64,000 nt of DNA, from contig JBPOJJ010000002.1 in assembly GCA_052033715.1 (NCBI GenBank), forward strand, positions 94,408 through 158,407, in the 5' to 3' direction. This stretch comes from Patescibacteria group bacterium (GTDB taxonomy: Bacteria; Patescibacteriota; Minisyncoccia; Phycocordibacterales; CSBR16-119). The first letter of the stretch is position 1; every line of letters begins with the position of its first letter. This document shows positions 27,723 through 36,480 of this stretch, piece by piece. Position numbers and translations under genes: made by a program. Under the pieces are notes generated by a model, which had not been told where the DNA came from, did no database searches, and saw only the letters and a program-made list of their open reading frames with translations.

Positions 27723-29222
27723 TTATTTAACGTTATAATCTTTTCTGATTTTTTTGACTTCGAGGTCTTCTGCTTCGTCTTTAGCATTCTTCCCTGCTTC
27801 ACCAAGCTTGCGCAAATGTTCATCAGAAAGTTTTAGAAGTTCTGTGGCTTTATTTTCTAAATATTCTGCCGTATTTAATTTTGGATCTTCGAGAACTTCT
27901 TCGAGAAGTGCATGAAGTGTCCAACCAATATGTGGACCGGGTCTTCCCTGCCTGCCGGCAGGCAGGTCCGCCATTTCCATAATTCTATTTCCGTCAATTT
28001 TGAGCATGCCGACGTTTATCGGATCACGCATAACTTCTTCGATCATCGATTCAAATTTGCGAAGTCTGTATGGCTCTTCTTTGGGCCTGCCCATTCCGAC
28101 ACGATCACAAATTCGCAGGTCTATAAGATCCCAAACATTGTCTGCACCGACTTTGGCCACAAGTCTCCTGACCGCCGATAGAGTTATCTGATCCGTGTCA
28201 GAGAAGAACATGTGGTATCGCACAAGTCGAGTAATTTTGTCAGTCAATTCGTTGCCAAATTTCAATCGCTCGCAAATCTTCTTTGTGATTTTTGCTCCGA
28301 CAACATCGTGTCCGTAAAACGTATAATCTTCTTTTTCTTTGGACCATTCTCTGGTCGCAGGTTTCCCAATGTCATGAAAAAGCCCAGCCAGGCGAATGTG
28401 TACTGGCCATTCTTTGTCCGCGGCGTGTTGCATTGTACGGAGATTGTGTTCCCAAACATCGTAAATGTGTTCACCGTTTTGTTCGACGCCGATTCCAATC
28501 TCGAGCTCCGGTGAGATGTATTTCATGATTCCCAATTTCTGCGCCAAAGTAATTCCAATTATTGGTTCGGCCGACATTATCATTTTCAAAAACTCGTCGC
28601 GAATGCGTTCGGCTGAAATATTCGCCAGAAGTTCAACGTTTCTATTCATCGCCATCATCGTATCGTGCTCGATGACAAATCCGTGTTGGGTCGAGAAACG
28701 CACAGCACGAAGAATGCGTAAGGCGTCTTCTTGGAACCGCTCATCGGCGATACCCACAGCTTTGATCATTTTATCTTTGATGGCTTCGAGCCCGTCGTAG
28801 AGATCTACCAGTTCCCCATTCGACGGTCGGTAAGCGATGGCGTTCATGGTAAAGTCGCGACGTTTCAAATCGTCTTCTAGATTTTTGGAAAATTTTACCT
28901 CGTCTGGATGACGATTGTCTGAGTAAGTTGATTCGAGTCGATATGGCGTGACCTCAATAACTTTTAGATTTTCATTTTCGGTAATTTTGTTCTCGACACC
29001 GACGGTGCCAAATTTATTTTCATAAAAAGTGTCCGGGAAAATCTCCTGGATTTGCTCCGGCGTTGCATTGGTCGTCACATCCCAGTCTTTCGGCGTCTTC
29101 CCTGTCAACAAATCGCGAACACACCCGCCGACGATGTAGGCCTCAAAACCAGCCGACTCCAGACCATCAGTCACAATCTTAACTTCCGATGGAATATCGA
29201 AATCTTGTTTCATAAGTAACAT
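27723..29222 (-). CDS. cca: CCA-adding enzyme / tRNA nucleotidyltransferase with HD domain
   Basis: Pol-beta-like head (GGCVRDLLTGKTPKDWDVTT) plus HD motif (LAGLFHDIGKP). C-terminal region carries an in-frame GC-rich palindrome insertion (ADLPAGRQGRPG). Confidence 0.85.
   Translation of the reverse strand: MLLMKQDFDIPSEVKIVTDGLESAGFEAYIVGGCVRDLLTGKTPKDWDVTTNATPEQIQEIFPDTFYENKFGTVGVENKITENENLKVIEVTPYRLESTYSDNRHPDEVKFSKNLEDDLKRRDFTMNAIAYRPSNGELVDLYDGLEAIKDKMIKAVGIADERFQEDALRILRAVRFSTQHGFVIEHDTMMAMNRNVELLANISAERIRDEFLKMIMSAEPIIGITLAQKLGIMKYISPELEIGIGVEQNGEHIYDVWEHNLRTMQHAADKEWPVHIRLAGLFHDIGKPATREWSKEKEDYTFYGHDVVGAKITKKICERLKFGNELTDKITRLVRYHMFFSDTDQITLSAVRRLVAKVGADNVWDLIDLRICDRVGMGRPKEEPYRLRKFESMIEEVMRDPINVGMLKIDGNRIMEMADLPAGRQGRPGPHIGWTLHALLEEVLEDPKLNTAEYLENKATELLKLSDEHLRKLGEAGKNAKDEAEDLEVKKIRKDYNVK
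27947..27966. repeat. GC-rich perfect palindrome CCTGCCTGCCGGCAGGCAGG (in-frame inside cca). Related copies at 24697-24712 (16 nt) and 30264-30285 (22 nt)
   Basis: Three occurrences seen directly. Sharply GC-rich in an AT-rich background. Confidence 0.85.
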
Positions 29223-29258
29223 TCTAGCAAGAAACTCTTAATTTAGACTCTAAATTTG

Positions 29259-29330
29259 TGCACCCAGAGGGATTCGAACCCCCAATAACGGTTCCGAAGA
29301 CCGTCGTGATATCCATTTCACCATGGGTGC
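29259..29330 (-). tRNA. tRNA-Arg(TCG): tRNA-Arg (anticodon TCG)
   Basis: Reverse complement GCACCCATGGTGAAATGGATATCACGACGGTCTTCGGAACCGTTATTGGGGGTTCGAATCCCTCTGGGTGCA. Anticodon loop CTTCGGA. Confidence 0.75.
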
Positions 29331-29490
29331 ATCACCTGTGCGAGTAAGGGTCGGTCACAACTCTTTTGCTCCGCAAAAGGTCGCGACCCCGCCTCGCCCG
29401 TCGCTATTGCGACATGGCTCTGGCTTTCGATTCCCCACGCGAGACACGCAGGTGTCTCGCTTTCACGCACAAAAAGCTTTTAGCTTTTTG

Positions 29491-29561
29491 TGCGAGTAAG
29501 GGGAATCGAACCCCTGCCGTCTGATTGGCAACCAGACGTTCTACCATTAAACTATACTCGC
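29491..29561 (-). tRNA. tRNA-Gly(GCC): tRNA-Gly (anticodon GCC)
   Basis: Reverse complement GCGAGTATAGTTTAATGGTAGAACGTCTGGTTGCCAATCAGACGGCAGGGGTTCGATTCCCCTTACTCGCA. Anticodon loop TTGCCAA. Confidence 0.8.
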
Positions 29562-29641
29562 AATAAACAACACAATATCAATTTTCTCCAACAAATACAA
29601 GAAAGCCCGACTCGCGGGCATCCCTGCTAGTCGGGCTCAAC

Positions 29642-30013
29642 CTATTTCCACCGGTATCCAGTTATGCGGTAAAGTCGGTATTTTAGCCTACTTGTTGATT
29701 CTAGTTTGGTCGAACCCAGAAGTTCATCAAAAACCTCGGGCTTGACCAGACAATCAACTAAACAAACTGTCTCCCCTGCGCACGTCCAGGTGCGAGAAAT
29801 CACTTCGGCAACACCTTGTCCAAGGTCACACGCGGAGATCTGGAAATAGTCCCCTTTGCTTATAACCTCGGGCCAGTTCTCTATTTCGACCTCCACATTC
29901 TCAGGCCGGTCAACTGTGCGAAAGTTTAGGATTGCTTTCATGTTCTGTGTTTTGCTAAACATTAACATCCGGCGTTTTATATAGCAACTATTGTCCCTTA
30001 TCCCCCTACCCAC
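29642..30013 (-). CDS. Hypothetical protein (likely starting at an internal Met, ~100 aa), moderately GC-rich
   Basis: 123 aa ORF. No family recognised. Lies between the tRNA cluster and a repeat-rich intergenic region. Confidence 0.35.
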   Translation of the reverse strand: MGRGIRDNSCYIKRRMLMFSKTQNMKAILNFRTVDRPENVEVEIENWPEVISKGDYFQISACDLGQGVAEVISRTWTCAGETVCLVDCLVKPEVFDELLGSTKLESTSRLKYRLYRITGYRWK

Positions 30014-30308
30014 ATGTTTATCCCCTTTTGTCTTTTAAAATCTAAATACACAAGGTGTTGTAAAATAATGCTTTTTTGACACTGGTCTGTGGATAACCCT
30101 GTTTATAACGTTGATAACTAGTAGTTTTTTACCCTAAAAATGTCCTTTATGAATTAAAAACGTTGACTTATAAGGGTTTTTACCATTTCACATGTAACGT
30201 TTCATGTGAAACGTATTTAAGGCACGTTTATAAGGGTTTTTAAACATCAAGTTGTTACGCATGTCCTGCCTGCCGGCAGGCAGGAACATTTACTTAGTTT
30301 CTGGTATT

Positions 30309-30719
30309 ATGTTATTCATGAAACAATTCACTTCCAAAACCCAGAAGTTGGGTGAAATTGGTGAGAAATTGGCCGTAATGTTTCTCATGAAACATGGATT
30401 TCAGGTTTTGGAGACCAATTACACGAAGAAATGTGGGGAAATAGACATTGTGGCCCAAAAGGGTAAAAATTTACACTTTATTGAGGTTAAAAGCGTTTCC
30501 CGTGTAACGTTAGACGATGTTTCATCAGAAACGTCTGGCTATAGGCCAGAAGAGAATATGCATCCGAAGAAAGTCGAGAGATTCGTCCGAACGGCTGATT
30601 ATTACCTTATGGAGAAGAATGTACCTGATACGATCGAATACCAGATCGATCTAGCTCTCGTCTACATAAACCCGATAAAACGCGCAGGGAAGGTAGTCCT
30701 TATGGAGCAGGTGGTTTAA
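30309..30719 (+). CDS. yraN: YraN/UPF0102-family endonuclease-like protein
   Basis: KLGEIGEKLAVMFLMKHGFQVLETNYTKKCGEIDIVAQKGKNLHFIEVKS matches the UPF0102 core. ORF-track start at 30252 reads through the GC palindrome and is rejected. ATG at 30309 or 30318. Confidence 0.75.
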   Translation: MLFMKQFTSKTQKLGEIGEKLAVMFLMKHGFQVLETNYTKKCGEIDIVAQKGKNLHFIEVKSVSRVTLDDVSSETSGYRPEENMHPKKVERFVRTADYYLMEKNVPDTIEYQIDLALVYINPIKRAGKVVLMEQVV

Positions 30720-30769
30720 AAATTTATTGTTTTTCGAATCTGTTGTGCTAATATAACTTCATTGTTTTA

Positions 30770-30842
30770 CGGGGCGTGGTGTAACGGCTAACATGTCTGT
30801 TTTGGGAACAGATGACTCCGGGTTCGAATCCCGGCGCCCCGA
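30770..30842 (+). tRNA. tRNA-Pro(TGG): tRNA-Pro (anticodon TGG)
   Basis: CGGGGCGTGGTGTAACGGCTAACATGTCTGTTTTGGGAACAGATGACTCCGGGTTCGAATCCCGGCGCCCCGA. 7-bp acceptor stem pairs, anticodon loop TTTGGGA. Confidence 0.8.
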
Positions 30843-31046
30843 CAAGGAAGCGAGCGAGCAAACTGCTTTGCTCGCGTCCGGGATTCGAAAGGCTTTTCCG
30901 TACGAGCGAAGCGAGGTGGAAAAGCACCCGCGGCGGTAGGCCGAGAATCCATAAGAGCGCCCCGACTCAGGAAATCAGAAAAACAGATTCTCCGGAGCCT
31001 AAATGGCTCCGCGACCTGAAAGGAGATGACTTTAGTAATAATAATT

Positions 31047-31117
31047 GCGGGATTAGTTTATCGGTAAAACAACAGTTTTCCAAACTGTGGTGAGGAGTTC
31101 GACTCTCCTATCCCGCA
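31047..31117 (+). tRNA. tRNA-Gly(TCC): tRNA-Gly (anticodon TCC)
   Basis: GCGGGATTAGTTTATCGGTAAAACAACAGTTTTCCAAACTGTGGTGAGGAGTTCGACTCTCCTATCCCGCA. Anticodon stem ACAGT/ACTGT, loop TTTCCAA. Confidence 0.75.
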
Positions 31118-31141
31118 CAAAAAATTTGATATACTCTCTTT

Positions 31142-32146
31142 ATGGAAAATGGACCGAAAATCCGAGTCATAGGGAATGCCGACGAGAATCTAAAAAACCA
31201 ACTAAGGGATGAGATTTTTCAAAACCTCCAACAAAAAGGTGGTTTAAACGCCACTGACCTAGAAAAACTAAAAGGGCTCGAGCAAGAAAAAACAGAAAGG
31301 GAGTTGGCTTTAATAGAATTTGCCGATCAAGAAGTTTCACGCCTTATGGAAGAAGCGGGGCTGGAGTCATACAGCATTCCCAGCGACAACTATCATTTGT
31401 TGCCTTCTGACTTCTATCAGAAACATTTTGGTAAAAATAATAACGCCACGGCAAAAATACCTCGACAAGGAATTATGTTTGATGCGGATACTTTTCGCGA
31501 CAAACCAATATTTTTTGGATCTGTCGCGGTTCACGAGACATTACACCTGAAGTCACACCTATCGATGGAATTAAACGAGACTGAAGGGGAACCAGAACAA
31601 ACACCATACAGAGAAGGAGTAGCGATAAAGGCTCTTCAGCGAGATGGTTTCCATGGAAATTATCATGAACATTTTTCTGGTCTACATGAAGCGATTGTGG
31701 CAGAGACACAGAAAAAACTTTTTGATAAAATGTTGAACTTGCCAGAGCTAGCGACTGAAAAAACCTGGCTTGAATCAAAAGAGGCTAAAGATAAGAGGGC
31801 GGCTATCGCTAAGAGAAAAAAGTTACCTGAAGACACGATAATTTGGGTAGGAAACAATGAAGACGAAAAAGATTGGGAGATGATATCTTATGTCACACAA
31901 AGACAAGTATTAAATTATATCTGCGAAGAAATTTCAAAAGATTTGCCAGAAAAATATCCAACACCAGAGGATGTTTACAAAGAATTTTTAAAAGCACAAT
32001 TTACAGGACACCTAACTTCCATCGCAAGAATAGTTGAAGGAACTTTTGGGGAAGGAAGTTTTAGGATTCTGGGAGAAATGAAAACGACAAAAACTAGTGG
32101 GGAAGAGTATTTGAAGAAGATGAAAGACCTAAGATCGAACAAATAA
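31142..32146 (+). CDS. Hypothetical protein with HExxH zincin-like motif
   Basis: VAVHETLHLKSH contains HETLH (HExxH). 334 aa, charged, no signal peptide. Confidence 0.45.
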   Translation: MENGPKIRVIGNADENLKNQLRDEIFQNLQQKGGLNATDLEKLKGLEQEKTERELALIEFADQEVSRLMEEAGLESYSIPSDNYHLLPSDFYQKHFGKNNNATAKIPRQGIMFDADTFRDKPIFFGSVAVHETLHLKSHLSMELNETEGEPEQTPYREGVAIKALQRDGFHGNYHEHFSGLHEAIVAETQKKLFDKMLNLPELATEKTWLESKEAKDKRAAIAKRKKLPEDTIIWVGNNEDEKDWEMISYVTQRQVLNYICEEISKDLPEKYPTPEDVYKEFLKAQFTGHLTSIARIVEGTFGEGSFRILGEMKTTKTSGEEYLKKMKDLRSNK

Positions 32147-32199
32147 CACAAAAGCCCCTCTTGGGGCTTTTGTGATTTACAGAATTCTCTAAATTGTGA

Positions 32200-32472
32200 C
32201 TACTTTACTGCGTCTTTCAAAGCTTTAGAAGCTCTAAACTTTGGCACTTTCTGTGCGGCAACCGCTACAGCTTCGCCCGTTCGAGGATTTCTCGCGGTGC
32301 GAGCTTTTCTCATTTTTGCTGAGAAAATTCCGAATCCAGAAACAGAAACCTCGCCGCCTTTTTTCATCTCGCTGGTGATGGCGTCAAAGATTCCATCTAC
32401 CACTTGTTCGGCCTGAGTTTTGGTGCCGCCAAGCATGCCATGAACATGTTCTACCAATGCTGCTTTATTCAT
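32200..32472 (-). CDS. hup: HU/IHF-family DNA-binding protein
   Basis: MNKAALVEHV...GFGIFSAKMRKARTARNPRTGE, the classic HU arm motif. Confidence 0.9.
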   Translation of the reverse strand: MNKAALVEHVHGMLGGTKTQAEQVVDGIFDAITSEMKKGGEVSVSGFGIFSAKMRKARTARNPRTGEAVAVAAQKVPKFRASKALKDAVK

Positions 32473-32620
32473 ATCGTTTTTAGATTATTAATAATAACCC
32501 TCCCGATTAAGATTTGCTCTGAAACCATTATATAACGAGGCTTCGTAAACCGCAATTATAAAGGCTTTTTCAAAATTTGAAGCGCCTTTATAATTGCGGT
32601 TTGACTACGCAAAAGAGTGA

Positions 32621-34141
32621 CTAGCGGGCGAATGAGATAGTTCTAGATTCTCTGATGACAATAACCTTGATTTCTCCTGGATATTGGAGTTCTTGCTCGA
32701 TTGACTTGGCAATGTCTCGAGAAAGCTCGGCGGCGCGTAAATCGGTCGTTTTCTCAGGGTTTACAAAGACTCGAACCTCGCGACCAGCGGCAATGGCGTA
32801 TGACTTCTCAACGCCGTCAAATGAATTGATGAGAGTTTCGAGTTCTGTCAGGCGTTTCAAATAGTTTTCAGCCGTGTCAGATCGTGCGCCTGGTCGTCCA
32901 CCAGAGATGGCGTCGGCGGTTTGGACAATGTGTGATTCAACTGATTCGTAAGGGAATTCTTCATGATGAGACTTCATGGCGGTGATGATTCGAACATCTG
33001 TGCCAAATTTCTGCAAAATTCTCATGCCGATTTCGACGTGAGTACCCTGAACTTCGTGGGTAAGAGCTTTGCCGATGTCGTGAACGAGGCATCCGGCCTT
33101 GGTCACAGCCACATCAGCCCCGAGCTCAGTCGCGATGATTCCGCCGATGTGTGCCATTTCAACCGAATGAGCGAGGACGTTTTGTCCATAACTTGTGCGG
33201 AAGTGTAGGCGGCCGAGAATAGCGATAACACGTGGATCAAGATTGAATATTCCACATTCGTAAACAGCTTCTTCGCCTTTTTGTTTGATTATTTTATTTA
33301 TATCTTCTTTGGCCTTCTCAACCGTTTCTTCGATCTTGGCTGGCTGGATGCGTCCATCTAGAATCAAGTTCTCTAGGGCAATACGAGCAACTTGTCGGCG
33401 CACAGGGTCAAAAGAAGAAATTGTAATGACCCCAGGTGTGTCATCAACTATGACCTCAACCCCGGCAGCGTTTTCAAAAGCACGAATGTTTCGGCCTTCT
33501 TTCCCAATGATTTTGCCTTTGATTTCGTCGTTAGGAATGGCGACGGTTGTGGCCATCAATTCACCAACGCCGTCATTGGCCAAACGCTGGATCGAAGAGG
33601 CGAGGATCTCTCGAGCGCGTAGATCAAGTTTCTCTTTTGTTGTATTTTCCAATTTCTGCATACGAACCAAAGTATCTTCTTCGCTTCGCGCTTCGATCTC
33701 ACGGAAAAGTTGCTCTCGCGCCTCCTCACGAGTCAGTCCGGAAATTTTCTCAAGTTCTGTTTCTAGGCTTAATTTTTTTTCTTCAATTTCAAGTTTTGTT
33801 TTGTTTACTTCTTCAACTTTCTTGTTTAATTCCTCAGTATGCTTTTGAAGCTCGCGATCTTTTACATCAAGACTGTCTTCTTTACGAATCAGACGATCTT
33901 CAGATTTTTTCAAATCTTCAAGACGAGTTTTTTCATGATCTTCAACTTCTTTTAGTCTGTCTTCGGCCTTTTTGTTGGCCTCAGTTAAAATCTTCTGCGC
34001 CTCCTCCTTGGCTGTGAGCATCTGGTTCTTGATGTCGAGCTCCATCGATCCTTGCTTGGCAAGCGCGACAACCATGCGTAGATAGTATCCGACACCCGCA
34101 CCCACAAGAAGTCCGATGACTGCAAAAATTATTGTGTTCAT
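32621..34141 (-). CDS. rny: Ribonuclease Y
   Basis: N-terminal TM, coiled-coil, KH domain (GKIIGKEGRNIRAFE) and HD domain (LAHSVEMAHIGG...HHE). Confidence 0.9.
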   Translation of the reverse strand: MNTIIFAVIGLLVGAGVGYYLRMVVALAKQGSMELDIKNQMLTAKEEAQKILTEANKKAEDRLKEVEDHEKTRLEDLKKSEDRLIRKEDSLDVKDRELQKHTEELNKKVEEVNKTKLEIEEKKLSLETELEKISGLTREEAREQLFREIEARSEEDTLVRMQKLENTTKEKLDLRAREILASSIQRLANDGVGELMATTVAIPNDEIKGKIIGKEGRNIRAFENAAGVEVIVDDTPGVITISSFDPVRRQVARIALENLILDGRIQPAKIEETVEKAKEDINKIIKQKGEEAVYECGIFNLDPRVIAILGRLHFRTSYGQNVLAHSVEMAHIGGIIATELGADVAVTKAGCLVHDIGKALTHEVQGTHVEIGMRILQKFGTDVRIITAMKSHHEEFPYESVESHIVQTADAISGGRPGARSDTAENYLKRLTELETLINSFDGVEKSYAIAAGREVRVFVNPEKTTDLRAAELSRDIAKSIEQELQYPGEIKVIVIRESRTISFAR

Positions 34142-34331
34142 GCGATTTTAAAATCGCTTTTTAAAAGCCTGTTTTATGGCCGTTTTTGAGTATCTAGGGG
34201 TGATTGTAAACTTCTTAAAAACATATTTTGGTGTAAAACAAACGATTTAAAGCGATTTTTAACTAAAAATTATAAATTTCGGTACTTCCAATATAACAAA
34301 AAAGACCCCCTTATGTCCATGAGAATCTTTT

Positions 34332-34796
34332 TTAAAGAGGTTGTTTGAAAAATATGACGACTCGCCGCGATGGGCCAACACCAGTAGATTCGGAGGCGAG
34401 GTCTGGATGCTTGGAAACGAAATCATGAACAATGCGGCGCTCGTAAGCATTCATCGGTTCGAGTTCGATTTTGCTTTTGAAAAATCTGGCGCGTTCAGCC
34501 ATCATGTGAGCTGTTGTCTTGATTTTGTCGACACGAGCTTTTTGGTAATCGTTGATGTCGATGGTGACACGCGGAGTGTTTTCACCTAAACGCTTCTCGA
34601 GCATTCTTTTAATCAAATGATTTAGACTTTGGATTGTTTCTCCGTTTTTACCAATGAGATGGTGTGAATCCGGCGTACCGACAGAAATCCAATAAGACCC
34701 CGAATCCGTATCGAGTCGAACGTCTATGTTGTGTAAACCGAAACCCGAGCTTTGAATGAATTCTTCGATCAATTGTTTCAAATCAGATTCCATCAT
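34332..34796 (-). CDS. khpB: Jag/KhpB-like RNA-binding protein (KH + R3H)
   Basis: R3H-type C-terminus (MNAYERRIVHDFVSKH). Conserved position next to yidC. Confidence 0.75.
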   Translation of the reverse strand: MMESDLKQLIEEFIQSSGFGLHNIDVRLDTDSGSYWISVGTPDSHHLIGKNGETIQSLNHLIKRMLEKRLGENTPRVTIDINDYQKARVDKIKTTAHMMAERARFFKSKIELEPMNAYERRIVHDFVSKHPDLASESTGVGPSRRVVIFFKQPL

Positions 34797-34799
34797 GTT

Positions 34800-35531
34800 T
34801 TAATTCTTGTTTACGATGACAGCCTGTTCTTTTTTGGTCATCTTTTTGTGAATCAAATATTCTTGAATGGTAGTAAAAATATTGTTGACTGACCAGTAAA
34901 GAGCGATGGCGGCCGAGATTTGATAGGAGATAATGGCCACAAAAACCGGTAAGAAATATTTCATTTGTTTACTCATCATTTTATTCATGTTGGCTGACAT
35001 AGAGTTATCGTTTGGATCGGGAACAGGAGTTCTTTGGGCAGAAAAATGAACCTGAAGATATTGAGTAATTCCAGCAATGGCGGCAAAAATGATTGATTTT
35101 TGTGTTAGATCTAAAAGTCCAAGAAATGTTAGTTTAATCGTTTGGGGCTCTTGGATAAAACTATATAGAGGCATTGTGTCGAAACTAAACCCTCCCAGAA
35201 AAACACGATAAAGCGCCAAGATGATCGGGAGTTGAATTAAAATTGGTAAACATCCGGCGAGTGGAGAAATTTTATGCTCTTTGTAGAGTTCAAATGTTTT
35301 AGCAGCTTGAACTTGCTTGTCAGGATACTGTTTCTTGATTTCGCGAAGCTTTGGCTCGAGTTTCTTCATCTCAAATTGACCGCGAATAGCCTTGGCGTGA
35401 AGCGGCGCCAGGACAAACTTAACCAAAAGAGTGAGAACGATGATGGCAATACCTACATCGTGCCACGGCACGACATTGACGAGAAATACCAATAAGTTAT
35501 ACAAAGGCTCAACAAAAATCGTCTTAAACAT
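34800..35531 (-). CDS. yidC: Membrane protein insertase YidC (short form)
   Basis: YidC/Oxa1 motifs (GCLPILIQLPIILALY). 243 aa short form. Synteny rnpA-yidD-yidC-jag. Confidence 0.85.
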   Translation of the reverse strand: MFKTIFVEPLYNLLVFLVNVVPWHDVGIAIIVLTLLVKFVLAPLHAKAIRGQFEMKKLEPKLREIKKQYPDKQVQAAKTFELYKEHKISPLAGCLPILIQLPIILALYRVFLGGFSFDTMPLYSFIQEPQTIKLTFLGLLDLTQKSIIFAAIAGITQYLQVHFSAQRTPVPDPNDNSMSANMNKMMSKQMKYFLPVFVAIISYQISAAIALYWSVNNIFTTIQEYLIHKKMTKKEQAVIVNKN

Positions 35532-35567
35532 CTTTCGATTCTATCTTAAAAGAGGGGAATCTCAAAA

Positions 35568-35792
35568 TTATTTTGGTACTTCATCCACTCCCGACCCTCC
35601 CCAAGGATGACAGCGCGAAATTCGTCGGAAAGAAAGCCAAAAACCCTTGAAAAATCCGTGTTTTTGGAAGGCTTCACGCGAATAGTGTGAACAAGTTGGG
35701 TAAAACCGGCAATTTACGCCAAGAATACGGAAAAGGGGAGAAAGGGTGTGTTGATAGAGCCAAATCAATGAAATAGCTATATATTTCAACAT
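35568..35792 (-). CDS. yidD: Membrane protein insertion efficiency factor YidD
   Basis: YQHTLSPL...[14 protein letters not shown]...[11 protein letters not shown] is the YidD signature. Confidence 0.9.
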   Translation of the reverse strand: MLKYIAISLIWLYQHTLSPLFRILGVNCRFYPTCSHYSREAFQKHGFFKGFWLSFRRISRCHPWGGSGVDEVPK

Positions 35793-36112
35793 ATTTTCGC
35801 CTTTTCTAGGATCGCAATAATATCAGCTTCCGTTTCGGCAAACGTTGCTTTTTCGACACCCTTTTTACCAAAAAGTATTATGTAGTATGGGTTTTTGACC
35901 GCTTTGCCGAGCACGGAGTAAGCTCGGCGACGGATTTTGTTCCTAGAAATGGCTGTTTTGGCGACCTTTTTAGCAACCACAACACTAAAATGCGTTGAAT
36001 TTAAAGGGTTTTTCAGGAATCTGAGCGTGAAAAAAGACGAGTTTAAAAACCCGCCTTTTTTCATTACTTTCTCGAAATCTTCCCGATTCATCCTGTTGGT
36101 CTTCGGGATCAT
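35786..36112 (-). CDS. rnpA: RNase P protein component
   Basis: Basic 108 aa protein with RNR motif region ([14 protein letters not shown]). Sits between rpmH and yidD. Confidence 0.85.
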   Translation of the reverse strand: MIPKTNRMNREDFEKVMKKGGFLNSSFFTLRFLKNPLNSTHFSVVVAKKVAKTAISRNKIRRRAYSVLGKAVKNPYYIILFGKKGVEKATFAETEADIIAILEKAKIC

Positions 36113-36118
36113 GAGAAT

Positions 36119-36281
36119 ATTATTTAGCCGACTTAATACGAGGTTTAGAAACGGTTAGTTTCTTGCGTCCTTTGCGGCGTCGAGCAAGCAAAACCTTCTT
36201 TCCGGAGGTCGTTTTGGATCGAGCACGAAAGCCGTGAGTTTTGGCTCTTTTTTTCTTTTTTGGATTGTATGTTCGTGACAT
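36119..36281 (-). CDS. rpmH: 50S ribosomal protein L34 (with short C-terminal extension)
   Basis: Manual translation [53 protein letters not shown]. Below the ORF-track size cut-off. Confidence 0.8.
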
Positions 36282-36379
36282 GTAGGGGAGTATATACTAG
36301 ACATAAAAATAAATCAATGTCTGGTGCGAAAAAACTTCTATTTAGAACCTGGTTTGTATATAATTTATTCATAAATTTT

Positions 36380-36427
36380 TTATCCACAGCAATCCACAAG
36401 TTGTTAACAATTTTTGAATTATCCACA
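36380..36427. promoter_or_regulatory. DnaA-box cluster (candidate oriC / dnaA promoter region) in the rpmH-dnaA spacer
   Basis: Two perfect TTATCCACA boxes (36380-36388, 36419-36427) and a near-box AATCCACAA (36390-36398). AT-rich flanks (36300-36480). Confidence 0.75.
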
Positions 36428-36480
36428 GTTTCTGAAAATAGATTATAATTCCAAACATTAATCTTTATAAAAATTAAATC

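Noticed and set aside
30252-30308. ORF-track start of yraN (MLRMSCLPAGRNIYLVSGI...)
   Set aside because: This N-terminal segment is the translation of the GC-rich palindrome and leader. Conserved YraN sequence starts at the downstream Met.
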